A stretch of DNA of 63,556 nt, the filler included, from Thraustochytrium aureum (lineage: Eukaryota): assembly GCA_012862495.1 (NCBI GenBank). It is 8 parts of 3 records of this genome, joined end to end, with 100 filler letters (N's around TTAATTAATTAA, not from the genome) between each part and the next. Parts side by side here need not be neighbours in the genome. Positions count along the whole stretch, not along the records: positions 34,266 to 37,557 come from BLSG01000325.1; positions 37,658 to 43,681 come from BLSG01000325.1; positions 43,782 to 45,879 come from BLSG01000327.1; 5 more parts are not named here. The stretch is one strand, 5' to 3'. The translations under genes and the position numbers were made by a program. How positions within the stretch are numbered: the first letter of the stretch is position 1; each line of letters opens with the position of its first letter. Shown one piece after another: positions 34,376-45,979 of this stretch. The notes below the pieces were generated by a model, which was given only the letters and a program-made list of their open reading frames with translations, made no database searches and was not told the origin of the DNA.

Positions 34376-35035
34376 TCAGCTCCGCGCGGTGTTGTGAGCA
34401 AGGTAGTCAAGCAAGCAGTTCCAGACCAGGTTTGCCGCGCAGACGAACACCACCCGGTACGACCGCGGCACGACGCTAAAGTTGATCGCCTGGACTGGAA
34501 TCCACACCAGCAGGAGCGATTTCATGACTGGGACGAACTGGGCCTTGTAGGCGGCTGCGCACTCTGCGAGCGAGTCGCCGCGCACAAAGCCCGTCCAGAC
34601 GTAAAACACCGGGAGGTAAAGGAACGGGCTGTGCCCGATGCAATCCGCCACGCTACTCACAAACCCCTCCCGCCACTTTGTTGCCAGCGCCCACGCGGGC
34701 AAGATGCGCGGGTACATGTTGAACACGTGCAGGGAGACGCAGCCCGCGTAAAACCCGCTGAACGAAGTCATGCCCACCAGCCTTGTCATATCCATGCTCC
34801 TCAACGTCTTGCCCTCCACGCCAAGCTGGCAAACGAGGTCGCCCGTGAGGCCGAGCAGCGCCCCTGTCACAAGGTTGCCGACCACCGGCCGCTCCTCGAG
34901 AACTTGGCCGTACCGCCTCACTGCGCCCTGCAGCGTCCAGGCCGACCGCGTCGCGCCGCCCCACTTTCCTGCCGCCAGGGCGGCCGAGCTCGACGCCGCT
35001 CTCACCAGCGTCGCAGCCCTCGCGTTCCACCCCAT
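34376..35035 (-). CDS. Mpv17/PMP22-family membrane protein; start codon uncertain
   Basis: Y..VLEERPVVGNLVTGALLG..GDLVCQ; D.TRL; VWIPVQAINFSVVP..YRVVFV...NLVWNCLL. Confidence 0.9.
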   Translation of the reverse strand: MGWNARAATLVRAASSSAALAAGKWGGATRSAWTLQGAVRRYGQVLEERPVVGNLVTGALLGLTGDLVCQLGVEGKTLRSMDMTRLVGMTSFSGFYAGCVSLHVFNMYPRILPAWALATKWREGFVSSVADCIGHSPFLYLPVFYVWTGFVRGDSLAECAAAYKAQFVPVMKSLLLVWIPVQAINFSVVPRSYRVVFVCAANLVWNCLLDYLAHNTARS

Positions 35036-36049
35036 CTTGCACAAGGTCGACCTCGCTCCCGCTCGTGCAGCGACAAAAACGACGAGGACAGGGCCGCGCC
35101 GCCGCCAGGGCTGGGGCGAAGGAAGGCCGAGACGACCACGTCCTCGAGCAAACGCAGCACCTCCGCGTCGCACGCACTTTCCCGCGCCCGAGCTCGAAAG
35201 GACTCTGGCGAGCCGGCGCATCGGCGTCCGTCCACCAGCGTCGCAACGAGATCGGCAGCAGCGCGCGCTCAACGCCCTCTTGATCCCGACATCCACCTCG
35301 GGCCCCAACGCCGGCACATCCGCGCGGGCGCCTGCCCTGCACTTGCAGCGTCGGCGGGGAGGCCTTTATCCCCGATTGCGCCTGCAGAGTATGCGCGGTC
35401 AACCCCACAGGCTGCCGCGCTTCCGCAGAATCGGGCCGAGACGTCCCGCCGCGCCTCGCGCTCGGCCATCGACTGGCCGGCCAGGCGCTGGCTGACGCGC
35501 TGGGACCGGGTCGCGATTCCTGGAGGGGATTTTCCGCGGCGCCCCCGTGGCTTGCAGCCTGCCCGCGAATAGCGGGCGCCGGCCCGCCGGACGAACTCCC
35601 TCCCGTGCACAACGCCCCGACCTGCGAGAACTCCCCGGTAGGCCCCGAGTACCTCCTCGGCCCCAGAGGATCGATCCGCGACAGGTCGAGCGCGAGCACG
35701 ACCAGCGCGAGCACGGCCAGCGCGAGCACGGCGCCGATGCACGCGTCGCGGTCTCCACCGGCCTGCCAGCCAGCCTTCCAGCCCGCCTGCCTGCCTGCCT
35801 GCCTGCCGCGTGGCCAAAAACCGCAGTCCACGCCGGCGGCAGTAACAGCCGCGGCGCCGGGCAATCAGTGAGCGCCGAGGGTCTGGCGGTCCTCGAGGGC
35901 CTGAAGCACCTCGCCCGAAGCCGGTGTCCTGGCGATAGTCGCTGGCTGACTCCGCGGCAGAGCTCCAAGCCGTCGCGGAGAGCGCGCACCGCTGCAGCAG
36001 AACAAACCACCGCGACTGTGCTGCTGCAGCAGCAGCAGCAGCAGCAGCA

Positions 36050-36084
<35 letters not shown>

Positions 36085-36471
36085 ACGGTGAGACGGTGAG
36101 GCGGTGAGAAGGTGGGCGGGCGGGCTGGCGGGGTTGGCGCCGCTGCGCGCGACTCGGTCGGGCCGCGGCGGAATGGGCGTCCNNNNNNNNNNNNNNNNNN
36201 NNNNNNNNNNNNNNNNNNNNNNNNNNNNNNNNNNNNNNNNNNNNNNNNNNNNNNNNNNNNNNNNNNNNNNNNNNNNNNNNNNNNNNNNNNNNNNNNNNNN
36301 NNNNNNNNNNNNNNNNNNNNNNNNNNNNNNNNNNNNNNNNNNNNNNNNNNNNNNNNNNNNNNNNNNNNNNNNNNNNNNNNNNNNNNNNNNNNNNNNNNNN
36401 NNNNNNNNNNNNNNNNNNNNNNNNNNNNNNNNNNNNNNNNNNNNNNNNNNNNNNNNNNNNNNNNNNNNGGA

Positions 36472-38643
36472 ATGGCGTCCTCACAAGCGCAGCAAGCGGA
36501 CGCGCGAGGTGGCAAGGCTGCGGCGCGGCGCGGCGGCGGGGCGGTGACGGTTGAGGCGGAGAGGAGCGCGGCGATCAGGCTGGGAGGGACGCCGGTGATG
36601 AAGAGGGCCGCGTCTGCCGTGCCAAACGCTTCGCCGAGGTCGCCGCTGCGGAACAGCAGGGTGCGCTCTCCCACCGCGCAAGGCTCGCTGCAGGAGACAA
36701 TATACAACAGCAAGCTGATCCGCGAGTCGGTGCGGATCCTGGAGAAGGCTCTCGGGAGGAGCGCGAGCCGAACAAAGGTCAGCCTCTCGCGGCAGGAAGC
36801 GCTCGTCTGCCACCGCGCCCTCGCGACTTTGCTCGACCCCAAGATAGACGACGTGACACACCGCGTCCACGCGCTGCCGGAAGAAGTCAAGCAATACCTG
36901 CTGCACGAGTTTGCCGACACGCAGGCGTTCCGCCGTCTCGAGTCCGCGCACTCGATGCGCTCCATCGCCTCCTCCGCTGCTGGAAGCGCGCGAAGCACGC
37001 CAATCGCCAAGGAATCGGATGCTTCAATCCGCCGCAAGGCGAGCTTCCCGGCCTCCACGCAGAGCGTTGCGGAAATGCGCGGCCGGCGGTTAGACTTTGT
37101 ACCGACCGGCGAGCGCAGCCGCGCCTTTTCGTCAAATGACATGGACTTTATTGACAGCGGCATGGCAGAAAAGGTCTACATCTCGGACGAAGATGGCCTC
37201 TCCGGAGAGGATGACGACGGGTGGCGCAGCGAGGCAGACGAAAGAGTTGCACGGGCCGCAGAAGGACCACAAGCCAAATCGCCCTCCGCGGACGCGGGTC
37301 GCGGAGCGACGACCAGTGTGACAGCCAGTCGACCCGGCGCACGCGCGCAAAGCAGCAGCAAGGTTGGCGCAAGCCGCCTTGAGCCGACCTTTTCGCTTTC
37401 GCAGGCAACTGCAGCGGTAGCAGTAAGCTGTGAGACGGACCGATCCAGCGGTGACGAGGAAGGGCATCGAACTGGCTGGGCTCCCAGCTCGGGGCTTGCC
37501 GCATCGCCGACATCGCCGGGCCCCACTAGTCGTGTTATGCAGTTGAGCGAGTTAGCCNNNNNNNNNNNNNNNNNNNNNNNNNNNNNNNNNNNNNNNNNNN
37601 NTTAATTAATTAANNNNNNNNNNNNNNNNNNNNNNNNNNNNNNNNNNNNNNNNNNNNTCGTGCAGACCTGGCACCCGCTTGCTGTGCGCTACAACGACCG
37701 CAGTCCGCTCGAGATGATGCATGCCTCGGTGGCGTTCGAGCTCTTGCGCAACCCGAGGTGCAACTTGATTAACGGGTTTTGCATTGAGGAAAAGGTGGCG
37801 TTTCGCAAGACGGTGGTCTCGCTCATCTTGGCTACAGACAACGCCGAGCACGACGCGCTTCTCGGCCGGCTTGCCAAAGTGTCGCAGACCCTCGCGAATG
37901 CGCAGACCAGCGGCCACTCAATCATGGTGTCCGACATGGAGCAGCAGCTTATCCTCGAGGTGGCTTTGCATGCGTCAGACATCAGCAGCTCGTGCAAGCC
38001 CTGGATGGTGTACCAGCAGTGGACGGAGCGGCTCTGCATCGAGTTTCGCAACCAGGGCGATCTTGAGAAAGAGCGTGGGCTCCCCGTCCTGCCGTTCATG
38101 GATCGGAGCATCAGGTTGCCCATCTCGCGGTTCCAGGCCGGCTTCATCGAGGCCATTGTGCAGCCGCTATACGAGAGCCTTGCCGAGGTCCCTGATTTGC
38201 ACATCGAGCACTGCTTGGCCATCCTCAGCGCCAACCTGCGCCGCTGGCGCTCACTGCAGTCGGAGGACGAGGACGAGCAGCCGTTTGAGCACTTGGTCAA
38301 CCGCTCGCGCGCGGTGATTCGAGCCAAGCGGACCTTTTTGGCGCACCGTCACACGCACCCAGGTACTTCCTCGGTTGCGTCCGAGCAGAGCTCGCACGGT
38401 CCCGGCCCCTCGGCTGTCAGAGAAACCGGGGTTGCCAGTCCAAGCGTTGAGCCGCGTCTCTCCGAAGGGCACGACCAAGGTGAAAGCAGCTTGCCGGTTG
38501 GGGCGGCTGCGGGGTTGGGCTTGGACGGGTCTGAGCCCATCTCCAAAAAGTACCATCGGTTTCTGCCGCAGGCCGACGACCACTCTGGCCGGCTGACTCC
38601 ATCCACGGCTGCATGCCTGTCAGGCGGGGAACCTAGCATGTAA
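36472..38643 (+). CDS. Class I 3',5'-cyclic nucleotide phosphodiesterase; two parts either side of a contig linker
   Basis: HPLAVRYNDRSPLEMMH; LILATD..EH; LHASDIS; W...EF..QGD.EK..GLP; Q.GFI. The N-terminal part (36472-37557) is assigned by adjacency and the PDE1-N-like segment LPEEVKQYLLHEF. Confidence 0.85.
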
Positions 38644-39237
38644 CCTATCTCTCTCTCGAGAGCTAGCTCTAGTAGAGAGTAGCTCCTTGACCAGGATGCG
38701 TCAAACAGCGCAGACTGCGCGCCAGCAAACGCAGTCCTGCAGTCCCTTGACTGAGAGTGTACGTTTACAAGAGGAGTTGGAGTGGCGTGGCGTGTGGGAA
38801 CCGGTTCGGGTGCTGGCTCGCGCTCCTCCGTCCCCCAAATTGAGCTGTTCGAAGCTCATGACGTGTCTCCAGAGCATCCTTCCGCCCGTAGTTCAGTCCC
38901 TCATTGTACTCTTCACTGTTTTATTTTGAACCCACACCACGCTCATTTGCAGCTTTTGTCAGGATACCCCACTGGTGACCACGCTCATCAGAAACGCGGG
39001 ACGTTGTAAATTACCAGCGACATCTCGATCCAAACCAGGATTCCAGTACATCCGAAGCGCGACGCCCTGTCTGTCCTATGGCTGGAAAGCGTCGCGCTTC
39101 GGAAGCGATTCGCGGTGATCGGTGCTCGTTCAGTTCCACATGGTGCTTGTTTGACGATCAGGGCAACTGTCAAACGAGCATCAAGTCGCCCTCGAAAGCG
39201 ACAGGAAGGCACCGCGCGAAAAACCGGTCTGCCCAAC

Positions 39238-40074
39238 TCATGCATCATGCGCGGGGCAGGTTGGCCGCGGCGCCGCGATTCGAGGAGCTGAACACAACAA
39301 CCTTTCGAGTTGAGGTATTATTTTTAGTTCGTGCGTTGACAGCGCTGATGCATCACGCGCGGGGCAGGTTGGCCGCGGCGCCGCGATTCGAGGAGCTGAA
39401 CACAACAACCTTTCGAGTTGAGGTATTATTTTTAGTTCGTGCGTTGACAGCGCTGACATGACCAAGGCCACCAGGTCCTTCCGCCGAAACACGAGTGCTC
39501 GGGCTACTCCTAGTAGTGAGTGGACTAGTAGGAGTAGCCCCAGCGCTCGTGCAGTGGCATTGAAGAACCTGCGTGCATGCATCCTTTGGTCATGCCAGCC
39601 AGTAATTGTTACGTCAACCCATGAGAGTCGGTGCGGTCTATCGCCGCGATTTTGCAGTAGCTCTGCATGATCTGCGCTTCGTCGACGAGCCCGGCTGCCG
39701 CCGCGGTGGCTTCCGCATTCTTGCTCGAGATCACCTCACAGTTGTTCGCGGACCTCACCGCGGCTTTGGGCTTCGTGCAGCACCGCAGTGTGCGAGGCCA
39801 CCTTGTCCGTGTTCGCTGGCCCGACTGCTTGGGGGCTGCTGCGAAGCCGGATGCGGTCGTCCTCCGAGCGCTCAAACTTGTCCGGAAACGCGCCGAGCAA
39901 GCCTTCGATCGGATTTTCCGGCCAGGCCGCGGCGATCGTCGGCACGAGCCGCAACAGCTCGGCACGCGTGAGATCGCCAGCGCAGAGGGCCTCGGCTGCG
40001 CCAAGTGCCGCCTGGCGCGCCTTCTTGCTTGAGCCAGCGCTTCGTCCGGCACCGCCGTGCTGGCGTTTGCCAGA
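39238..40074 (-). CDS. Fragmented hypothetical protein, 3' part, with a possible C-terminal TM segment
   Basis: Overlapping short ORFs (ELLRLVPTIAAAWPENPIEGLLGAFP; ALGLLLLVHSLLGVARALV); frames unresolved. Confidence 0.25.
39240..39456. repeat. 108-bp tandem duplication (2 copies, 1 mismatch seen)
   Basis: ATGCATCAyGCGCGGGGCAGG...TTGACAGCGCTG at 39240 and 39348. Confidence 0.95.
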
Positions 40075-41363
40075 NNNNNNNNNNNNNNNNNNNNNNNNNN
40101 NNNNNNNNNNNNNNNNNNNNNNNNNNNNNNNNNNNNNNNNNNNNNNNNNNNNNNNNNNNNNNNNNNNNNNNNNNNNNNNNNNNNNNNNNNNNNNNNNNNN
40201 NNNNNNNNNNNNNNNNNNNNNNNNNNNNNNNNNNNNNNNNNNNNNNNNNNNNNNNNNNNNNNNNNNNNNNNNNNNNNNNNNNNNNNNNNNNNNNNNNNNN
40301 NNNNNNNNNNNNNNNNNNNNNNNNNNNNNNNNNNNNNNNNNNNNNNNNNNNNNNNNNNNNNNNNNNNNNNNNNNNNNNNNNNNNNNNNNNNNNNNNNNNN
40401 NNNNNNNNNNNNNNNNNNNNNNNNNNNNNNNNNNNNNNNNNNNNNNNNNNNNNNNNNNNNNNNNNNNNNNNNNNNNNNNNNNNNNNNNNNNNNNNNNNNN
40501 NNNNNNNNNNNNNNNNNNNNNNNNNNNNNNNNNNNNNNNNNNNNNNNNNNNNNNNNNNNNNNNNNNNNNNNNNNNNNNNNNNNNNNNNNNNNNNNNNNNN
40601 NNNNNNNNNNNNNNNNNNNNNNNNNNNNNNNNNNNNNNNNNNNNNNNNNNNNNNNNNNNNNNNNNNNNNNNNNNNNNNNNNNNNNNNNNNNNNNNNNNNN
40701 NNNNNNNNNNNNNNNNNNNNNNNNNNNNNNNNNNNNNNNNNNNNNNNNNNNNNNNNNNNNNNNNNNNNNNNNNNNNNNNNNNNNNNNNNNNNNNNNNNNN
40801 NNNNNNNNNNNNNNNNNNNNNNNNNNNNNNNNNNNNNNNNNNNNNNNNNNNNNNNNNNNNNNNNNNNNNNNNNNNNNNNNNNNNNNNNNNNNNNNNNNNN
40901 NNNNNNNNNNNNNNNNNNNNNNNNNNNNNNNNNNNNNNNNNNNNNNNNNNNNNNNNNNNNNNNNNAAAGGTAGAGTACTCCCCTACTCTACTACCGGTAC
41001 CTTCCGGAACAACGCTACCTACCGGTACGCTACCGGCACCAATGCGCCACCAACCGGTGCGCCACCGTACAGAGTAGTTTGGAGAGCAATACTCTCTAGT
41101 AGGTACTTACTCTACCGGTAAGTAGACTTTGCGGTGTGCAAGGTCACCATGACGGTGCTCGAGTGACTCACAGGGAGGACGTCAGAGGTGGGAAAACTGC
41201 TTGCCGACGTGCAACCGGCCGGTATGGGTGCGCAGGCATGGTGGAATAGTGCAGTAGTTGGCTGGTTTTCAAGCGAACTGCAAACCCGAATCGATCGCCG
41301 AGCTCGGGCAAGTCGAAGCTTAGCGCGAGGAACTGACGAGGTTGAAGAACATGTTGGCCGCTC

Positions 41364-42707
41364 ATGCGCTGGCCATCCTTAATTGCTGTTCTCGCCTGCG
41401 ACGGCGTGCAAGGGAATACCTGCTCTATCGTGAACGGGAATCAGGTGTGCTGCAGCGACGGGCAGTTGAATATCATCAACGGAGTCTGCACTTGTGGCAA
41501 TGGCAGCCCGTGCTCCGGAGCTGGAGGTGGGGGCGGGGGCGGGGACGGGAGCGGGTCCTCCACTCCATGCCCTCCAATGAGCTCTGAAGAGAGCGCGAAG
41601 GTCGGCTGCTCCTCGTTCTGGTCACGCGTCTTTAACGGTTGGGGCGTCTACACTTGCTCCTCATGCTCTGGTCAAGGCACAATCTGTCCTCAGCTCCCGT
41701 GCCCTCCTCCGGTCTCGCAGAGTGGAGCAACCTGCCCACCTGTAACCGTGTTTAGTGGATCCTGTTCGGAGCTCGAGCAAGCTTGCGCGGAGAATAACCA
41801 GGGCCCTCTGACGCAGGCCAGCACGGGTTCGAGTGCCACTGGGTCCTACGGCTGCTTTGCTTGCTCCGGTGGCTCTGTCACTCTCTCGGATCAGGCGGGC
41901 GAAGGCGCCGAGGTCAGAAATGACAGCAACAGCCGAGGCAAGATTATTGGTGTCAGCTTTGCTTGCAGCGCTCTCATGATTGCCTTTGCCATAGGCCGCG
42001 TTTCCATTTCTGGGGACATGTCGAAGCGAGAAATGGTCTCCAAAGCTATCTTCAAGTCGGACTCGAGCGCGTGGTTCCACTCCATCTCGGCTATCGTTTC
42101 AGGAGACGGCCACCGCCGCTTCAAGGTCGCTGTTGGCCTTGCTGTGAGCGTCGCCTTTGCAATCGCCTTCCAAAACAGAAATCTTGCCAACCTCCAACAA
42201 AGCTCGAGTTGTGAGCTGCAAGTCTCGACCTGGAACGGCGGCTCGAGCACAAGAGTGTCCTCGACCAGTTCTGCCTCCACATTCAACATTCTTGAGGTTT
42301 CGCTGACAAGTCTTGGCGCGACTTTGGCAACGGTGTGCTTTGGAGCTTTGGTATCCTTTGCGTACAATCTCGCCGAGCTGACCGAGGTCTCGTTGGACGA
42401 CAGAATTGTAGACGGTCTCTACTTATTCTCCGCGGGGCTGCTAGACGGGCTCGCTATTGTTGCGCTTCTCGACCTCGCTAAGAACTCTGGAGAACCTGCG
42501 GCAAACCTGTTCAGAGACTATGGCACGGTGTTCGTCTTGAACACATTCTTTTCCTGGATTATTTTTGAGCCGCTTCGAACCGCGTTTTATCGTTTGCCGA
42601 AATGTGTGAATAACATGATCGAGTCCGAATTGGACGCCGAGGCGAGCTCCAAGACTGTTCCGACTGCAGTGGTTGTCAAGGCGGAGACCGGATCCTTTTC
42701 GTCGTGA
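41364..42707 (+). CDS. Signal peptide, Cys-rich ectodomain and ~5 TM helices; unknown function
   Basis: MRWPSLIAVLACDG; about 18 Cys in the first ~170 aa with a poly-Gly linker; hydrophobic helices IIGVSFACSALMIAFAI, VAVGLAVSVAFAIAF, LGATLATVCFGALVSF, LFSAGLLDGLAIVALL, VFVLNTFFSWIIF. Confidence 0.7.
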   Translation: MRWPSLIAVLACDGVQGNTCSIVNGNQVCCSDGQLNIINGVCTCGNGSPCSGAGGGGGGGDGSGSSTPCPPMSSEESAKVGCSSFWSRVFNGWGVYTCSSCSGQGTICPQLPCPPPVSQSGATCPPVTVFSGSCSELEQACAENNQGPLTQASTGSSATGSYGCFACSGGSVTLSDQAGEGAEVRNDSNSRGKIIGVSFACSALMIAFAIGRVSISGDMSKREMVSKAIFKSDSSAWFHSISAIVSGDGHRRFKVAVGLAVSVAFAIAFQNRNLANLQQSSSCELQVSTWNGGSSTRVSSTSSASTFNILEVSLTSLGATLATVCFGALVSFAYNLAELTEVSLDDRIVDGLYLFSAGLLDGLAIVALLDLAKNSGEPAANLFRDYGTVFVLNTFFSWIIFEPLRTAFYRLPKCVNNMIESELDAEASSKTVPTAVVVKAETGSFSS

Positions 42708-42785
42708 ACGAAGTGGAAGGCCAAGTTTTTTTTATTTAAATCAAAGGATAACGCTTGCTTGCTAATTCTATTCCGCTCCGCTTAC

Positions 42786-42945
42786 ACACTCTCTCTCCCG
42801 CTCTCTAGCTAGTAGCTCTCTCTAGTAGTAGCTAGAGCTCTACTAGCTCTAGTAGAGTCTACAGAGAGAGCTCTAGAGAGAGCTAGAGTTCGTTGTCCTC
42901 GTTTGACTACTTGTAGACGTGTTGGAAGTCTCTAGCTAGAGAGAC
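42786..42945. repeat. CTAG/AGCT-rich low-complexity palindromic tract
   Basis: ctctctagctagtagctctctctagtagtagctagagctctactagctctagtagag... Confidence 0.8.
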
Positions 42946-44763
42946 GTGGCGGTTGCGAAGGCCAGCCGCATCCAATCGGTCCAGGCCTGAACAGCTGTGT
43001 GGCCCCGCCCGTCGCTTCGCTGAATTGCCACGTCTTACTTGAGCGTTATCTTGTCGTCTTGCTGTAAACCTTGCTTGCTGGCATTTACCAACTTCAGATT
43101 TTCGACAGCGCTCAAGTGACGTACGCCCTTGTGACGAGGATCGGGCGAGGACGAGCGGTTTCGTTGCGGTCTACTTTGAGGCGAAAGCTTGGGGTACTGT
43201 GCTTGTTGCGGATCGTTGCGGGCCTGCTGCTCAATGGCAAGGCTGGAACAGCAGACTTGGCGGAAGGTGATGCCACCTTGGCACTTAGAAATCGTGATGC
43301 GCTTCCGTGCGCTAGGCAGTTCGCGGCCGCCTCGTATGTTCGCGCACTGCTTGCCGTGACTCTGTGCAGCCTCGTATGGTCACGTACCAGGTCGCCCTGA
43401 GGTGACAGCATGCGGCCAGTGCTGTGAACGCCTGCTGTCGACTCCGTGAGGACGTCAACTACGATTGCACGGGTCGAGGCCTCTCAAGAGAAAACCAAAT
43501 GTCTGCGTGCTTGCGCAACCTCGAGACCGCCTCGAGCGCGTGGTGTGCGCTCAGAACAGCTGCGGAAATCTCAACGGCACCGCTTGGATCCTCATGGAAA
43601 CCGCGCAGCTGACACAGATTGGAGCGCAGCGCATGGGCGTCGGAAAGCGCCTACAATGAGGGGAACATGGCAGCCGCGCATNNNNNNNNNNNNNNNNNNN
43701 NNNNNNNNNNNNNNNNNNNNNNNNNTTAATTAATTAANNNNNNNNNNNNNNNNNNNNNNNNNNNNNNNNNNNNNNNNNNNNTCGGGCGGATTGTCCTTGG
43801 CGCATGTCTCGGCTGCCTGCCTTCCTTCACTCACAGCTTGCGGACTGGACGACTTCCTCCTGCCTGCAGAGGTTGCCGTCGTTGTTGCGTGACCGCCTTG
43901 CCGTGACGGCAGCCGCGCTTTGGACTTGCTTGCTGCTGCCCCGCGAGCGAGCACGCGGCGGCCCCGACTCCTCCTGCGCAGGCGGAGGAGCGCAAGCGTA
44001 CCGCGCGAAGGTAGGCAGGGGAGGTACACCTACCTGGCCTGCTTGCTTCTCCTTCCTTCAAGCACGCCACGGGTGGACGTGGCGGAGTTGGAACAACTTC
44101 CAACTTGGTGAGGGCAGGCTGCGAACACGCGCGCTGCGAAGCCGCACGCGCATGGTCGACGCGCTCGCGGCAGTTTGCGGAGCGGAATGAGCGTGTTTCA
44201 ATCACGCGTGCCGAAGGCCGGCCACACGGCGAGTTGAGGAGCAGCGAGTAGGTACTCCCTAAGTACGAGTACCTGCGTCGAGTGCATACGGGGCACTGCA
44301 GTGGTGGATGACGCGGCTCGAAGATGGACAGGACGGTCTGCCAGTGGTCCACTCCGCGTCGCTCCTTGCCATCTTGATCCAGAAGGGCGTGGCTGAGGTC
44401 CCCCGAAGAGCTTCGCCGCAGCAAGCTCTGCAGACATGCATGCCAGGCAGCCCCTCCAAGCAGCGGCAGCAGCAGGCGACTAAGCGTGCAAGCCCCTGCC
44501 CGCGCGCCGCCAGGACCGCGTCGGTGCCTGGGCGCTCAAGCCGGATCCTTCGTGATGATGATGGTGGTCCAACGACCCACCACTCCCTTCTGCATTCGAG
44601 TTGGGCCACATTTTCGACGAACGAGTTGCACTTCAGTACGTAACGGCGCGAACGCGGGGCGGCGCGCTGCAGCTCGGCGGCAAAGCGGCGACGCGGGAGC
44701 AAACCGGACCAGGCGGCAACGAAGCGGAGCCCTGCCGCTCATTGACCCAGAGCGCTGGCCACC

Positions 44764-45879
44764 ATGGGCGACGCCGCAGACGACGCGCAACTCGTGGTCG
44801 CGATTCGCGCACTTCGGCTCGTGGGCACGGACGCGGGCAACGCGCTCGGGAAAAACGCCTACGTGAAGCTGAACGTAGGCGTGCTCGAGCACAAGACAGA
44901 AACGATGCGGCTAGACAGGCACAACATCAGCATTGACGAGGTCTGCCCGTTCCCCGTGCTGCGCAAGAATGTGCGGCATGACACCGTGCTCAACGTGCGC
45001 GTCAAAGTGCTCGGAGCTGCGAGCGTGTTCCGCTTCAAGCCAGGCAAGACCAAGCAAACGTTTTGCTCGACCGCGGCGCGCGTGAGGGAGATCGCCCGAG
45101 TTGGCTCGCCAGAAAACATAGCCACTTACCCGCTGTGCAGCGAGGAGGACCGCGCGCTCGTCTACGCCGAGCTCGACATGTCCATCTACTGGTGCCTTCA
45201 GTCCGACATGCCCACGTCAAACGCCTCGCTGGCCAGCCGCCGAGCGTTCCGCAAGTCGTCCCTGCGGCCCCAGCAACCCCTAGGCCTCGACAGCGTACGC
45301 AAGGACCCGTCTTGGGTCGACAACCTCGAGGGGGTCGCAAACTGGGAAAGCTACTCCAAGCTAAGCGTTACGGTGCTCAGAGCCACCGGTCTCCGAGCCG
45401 CCGACTCAAACGGGCTCAGCGACCCGTACTGCTACATCACCTGCCGTGGGGCAAAGTTCAAAACGCAAATCATCAAGAAAACACTCAACCCAGAGTGGAA
45501 CCACAAGGTCACCTTCAGCGCCATGGAGGGCATTGATGAAGACGACCAGGTCCAAATCACCGTTCGCGACTCGGACGTGATGAGCCGCGACGACGACCTT
45601 GGGCAGGTTGTTTTGCCCATCTGGGCGATCCAGCGCTCTTCTGAAAATGCAGGACCCGCAGCCGGGGCGCGCTGGTACCCCTTGTATCCGACGCAACGAA
45701 TGAAGAGTTGGGACCGCAGCAAGTCTCTCGGCTGGATCAAAGTGGATGTCAACTTTCGCCCTCGGGCCATGGCGATGGACCAACTCGCCGGGCTGGCGCT
45801 CCCTCAAGCCGGTCCGAACCAGGCCCCCAGCAAAGCGCCCACGACGCCCACCCTGGGACTGCAAGGTGACCTACAAGCG
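44764..45879 (+). CDS. C2-domain protein (degenerate N-terminal C2 plus canonical Ca2+-binding C2); 3' end in the gap
   Basis: LSVTVLRATGLRAADSNGLSDPYC..KTQIIKKTLNPEWN..ITVRDSDVMSRDDDLGQV..WYPL. Confidence 0.88.
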
Positions 45880-45979
45880 NNNNNNNNNNNNNNNNNNNNN
45901 NNNNNNNNNNNNNNNNNNNNNNNTTAATTAATTAANNNNNNNNNNNNNNNNNNNNNNNNNNNNNNNNNNNNNNNNNNNN

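Noticed and set aside
35317..36107. Hydrophobic stretch CIGAVLALAVLALVVLAL upstream of Mpv17
   Set aside because: It arises from a 15-bp tandem repeat (CAGCGCGAGCACGrC) next to microsatellites; no coherent ORF links it to Mpv17.
43071..44702. Short ORFs, some hydrophobic, between the Cys-rich gene and the C2 gene
   Set aside because: Fragmentary, interrupted by stops and a gap; no supportable product call.
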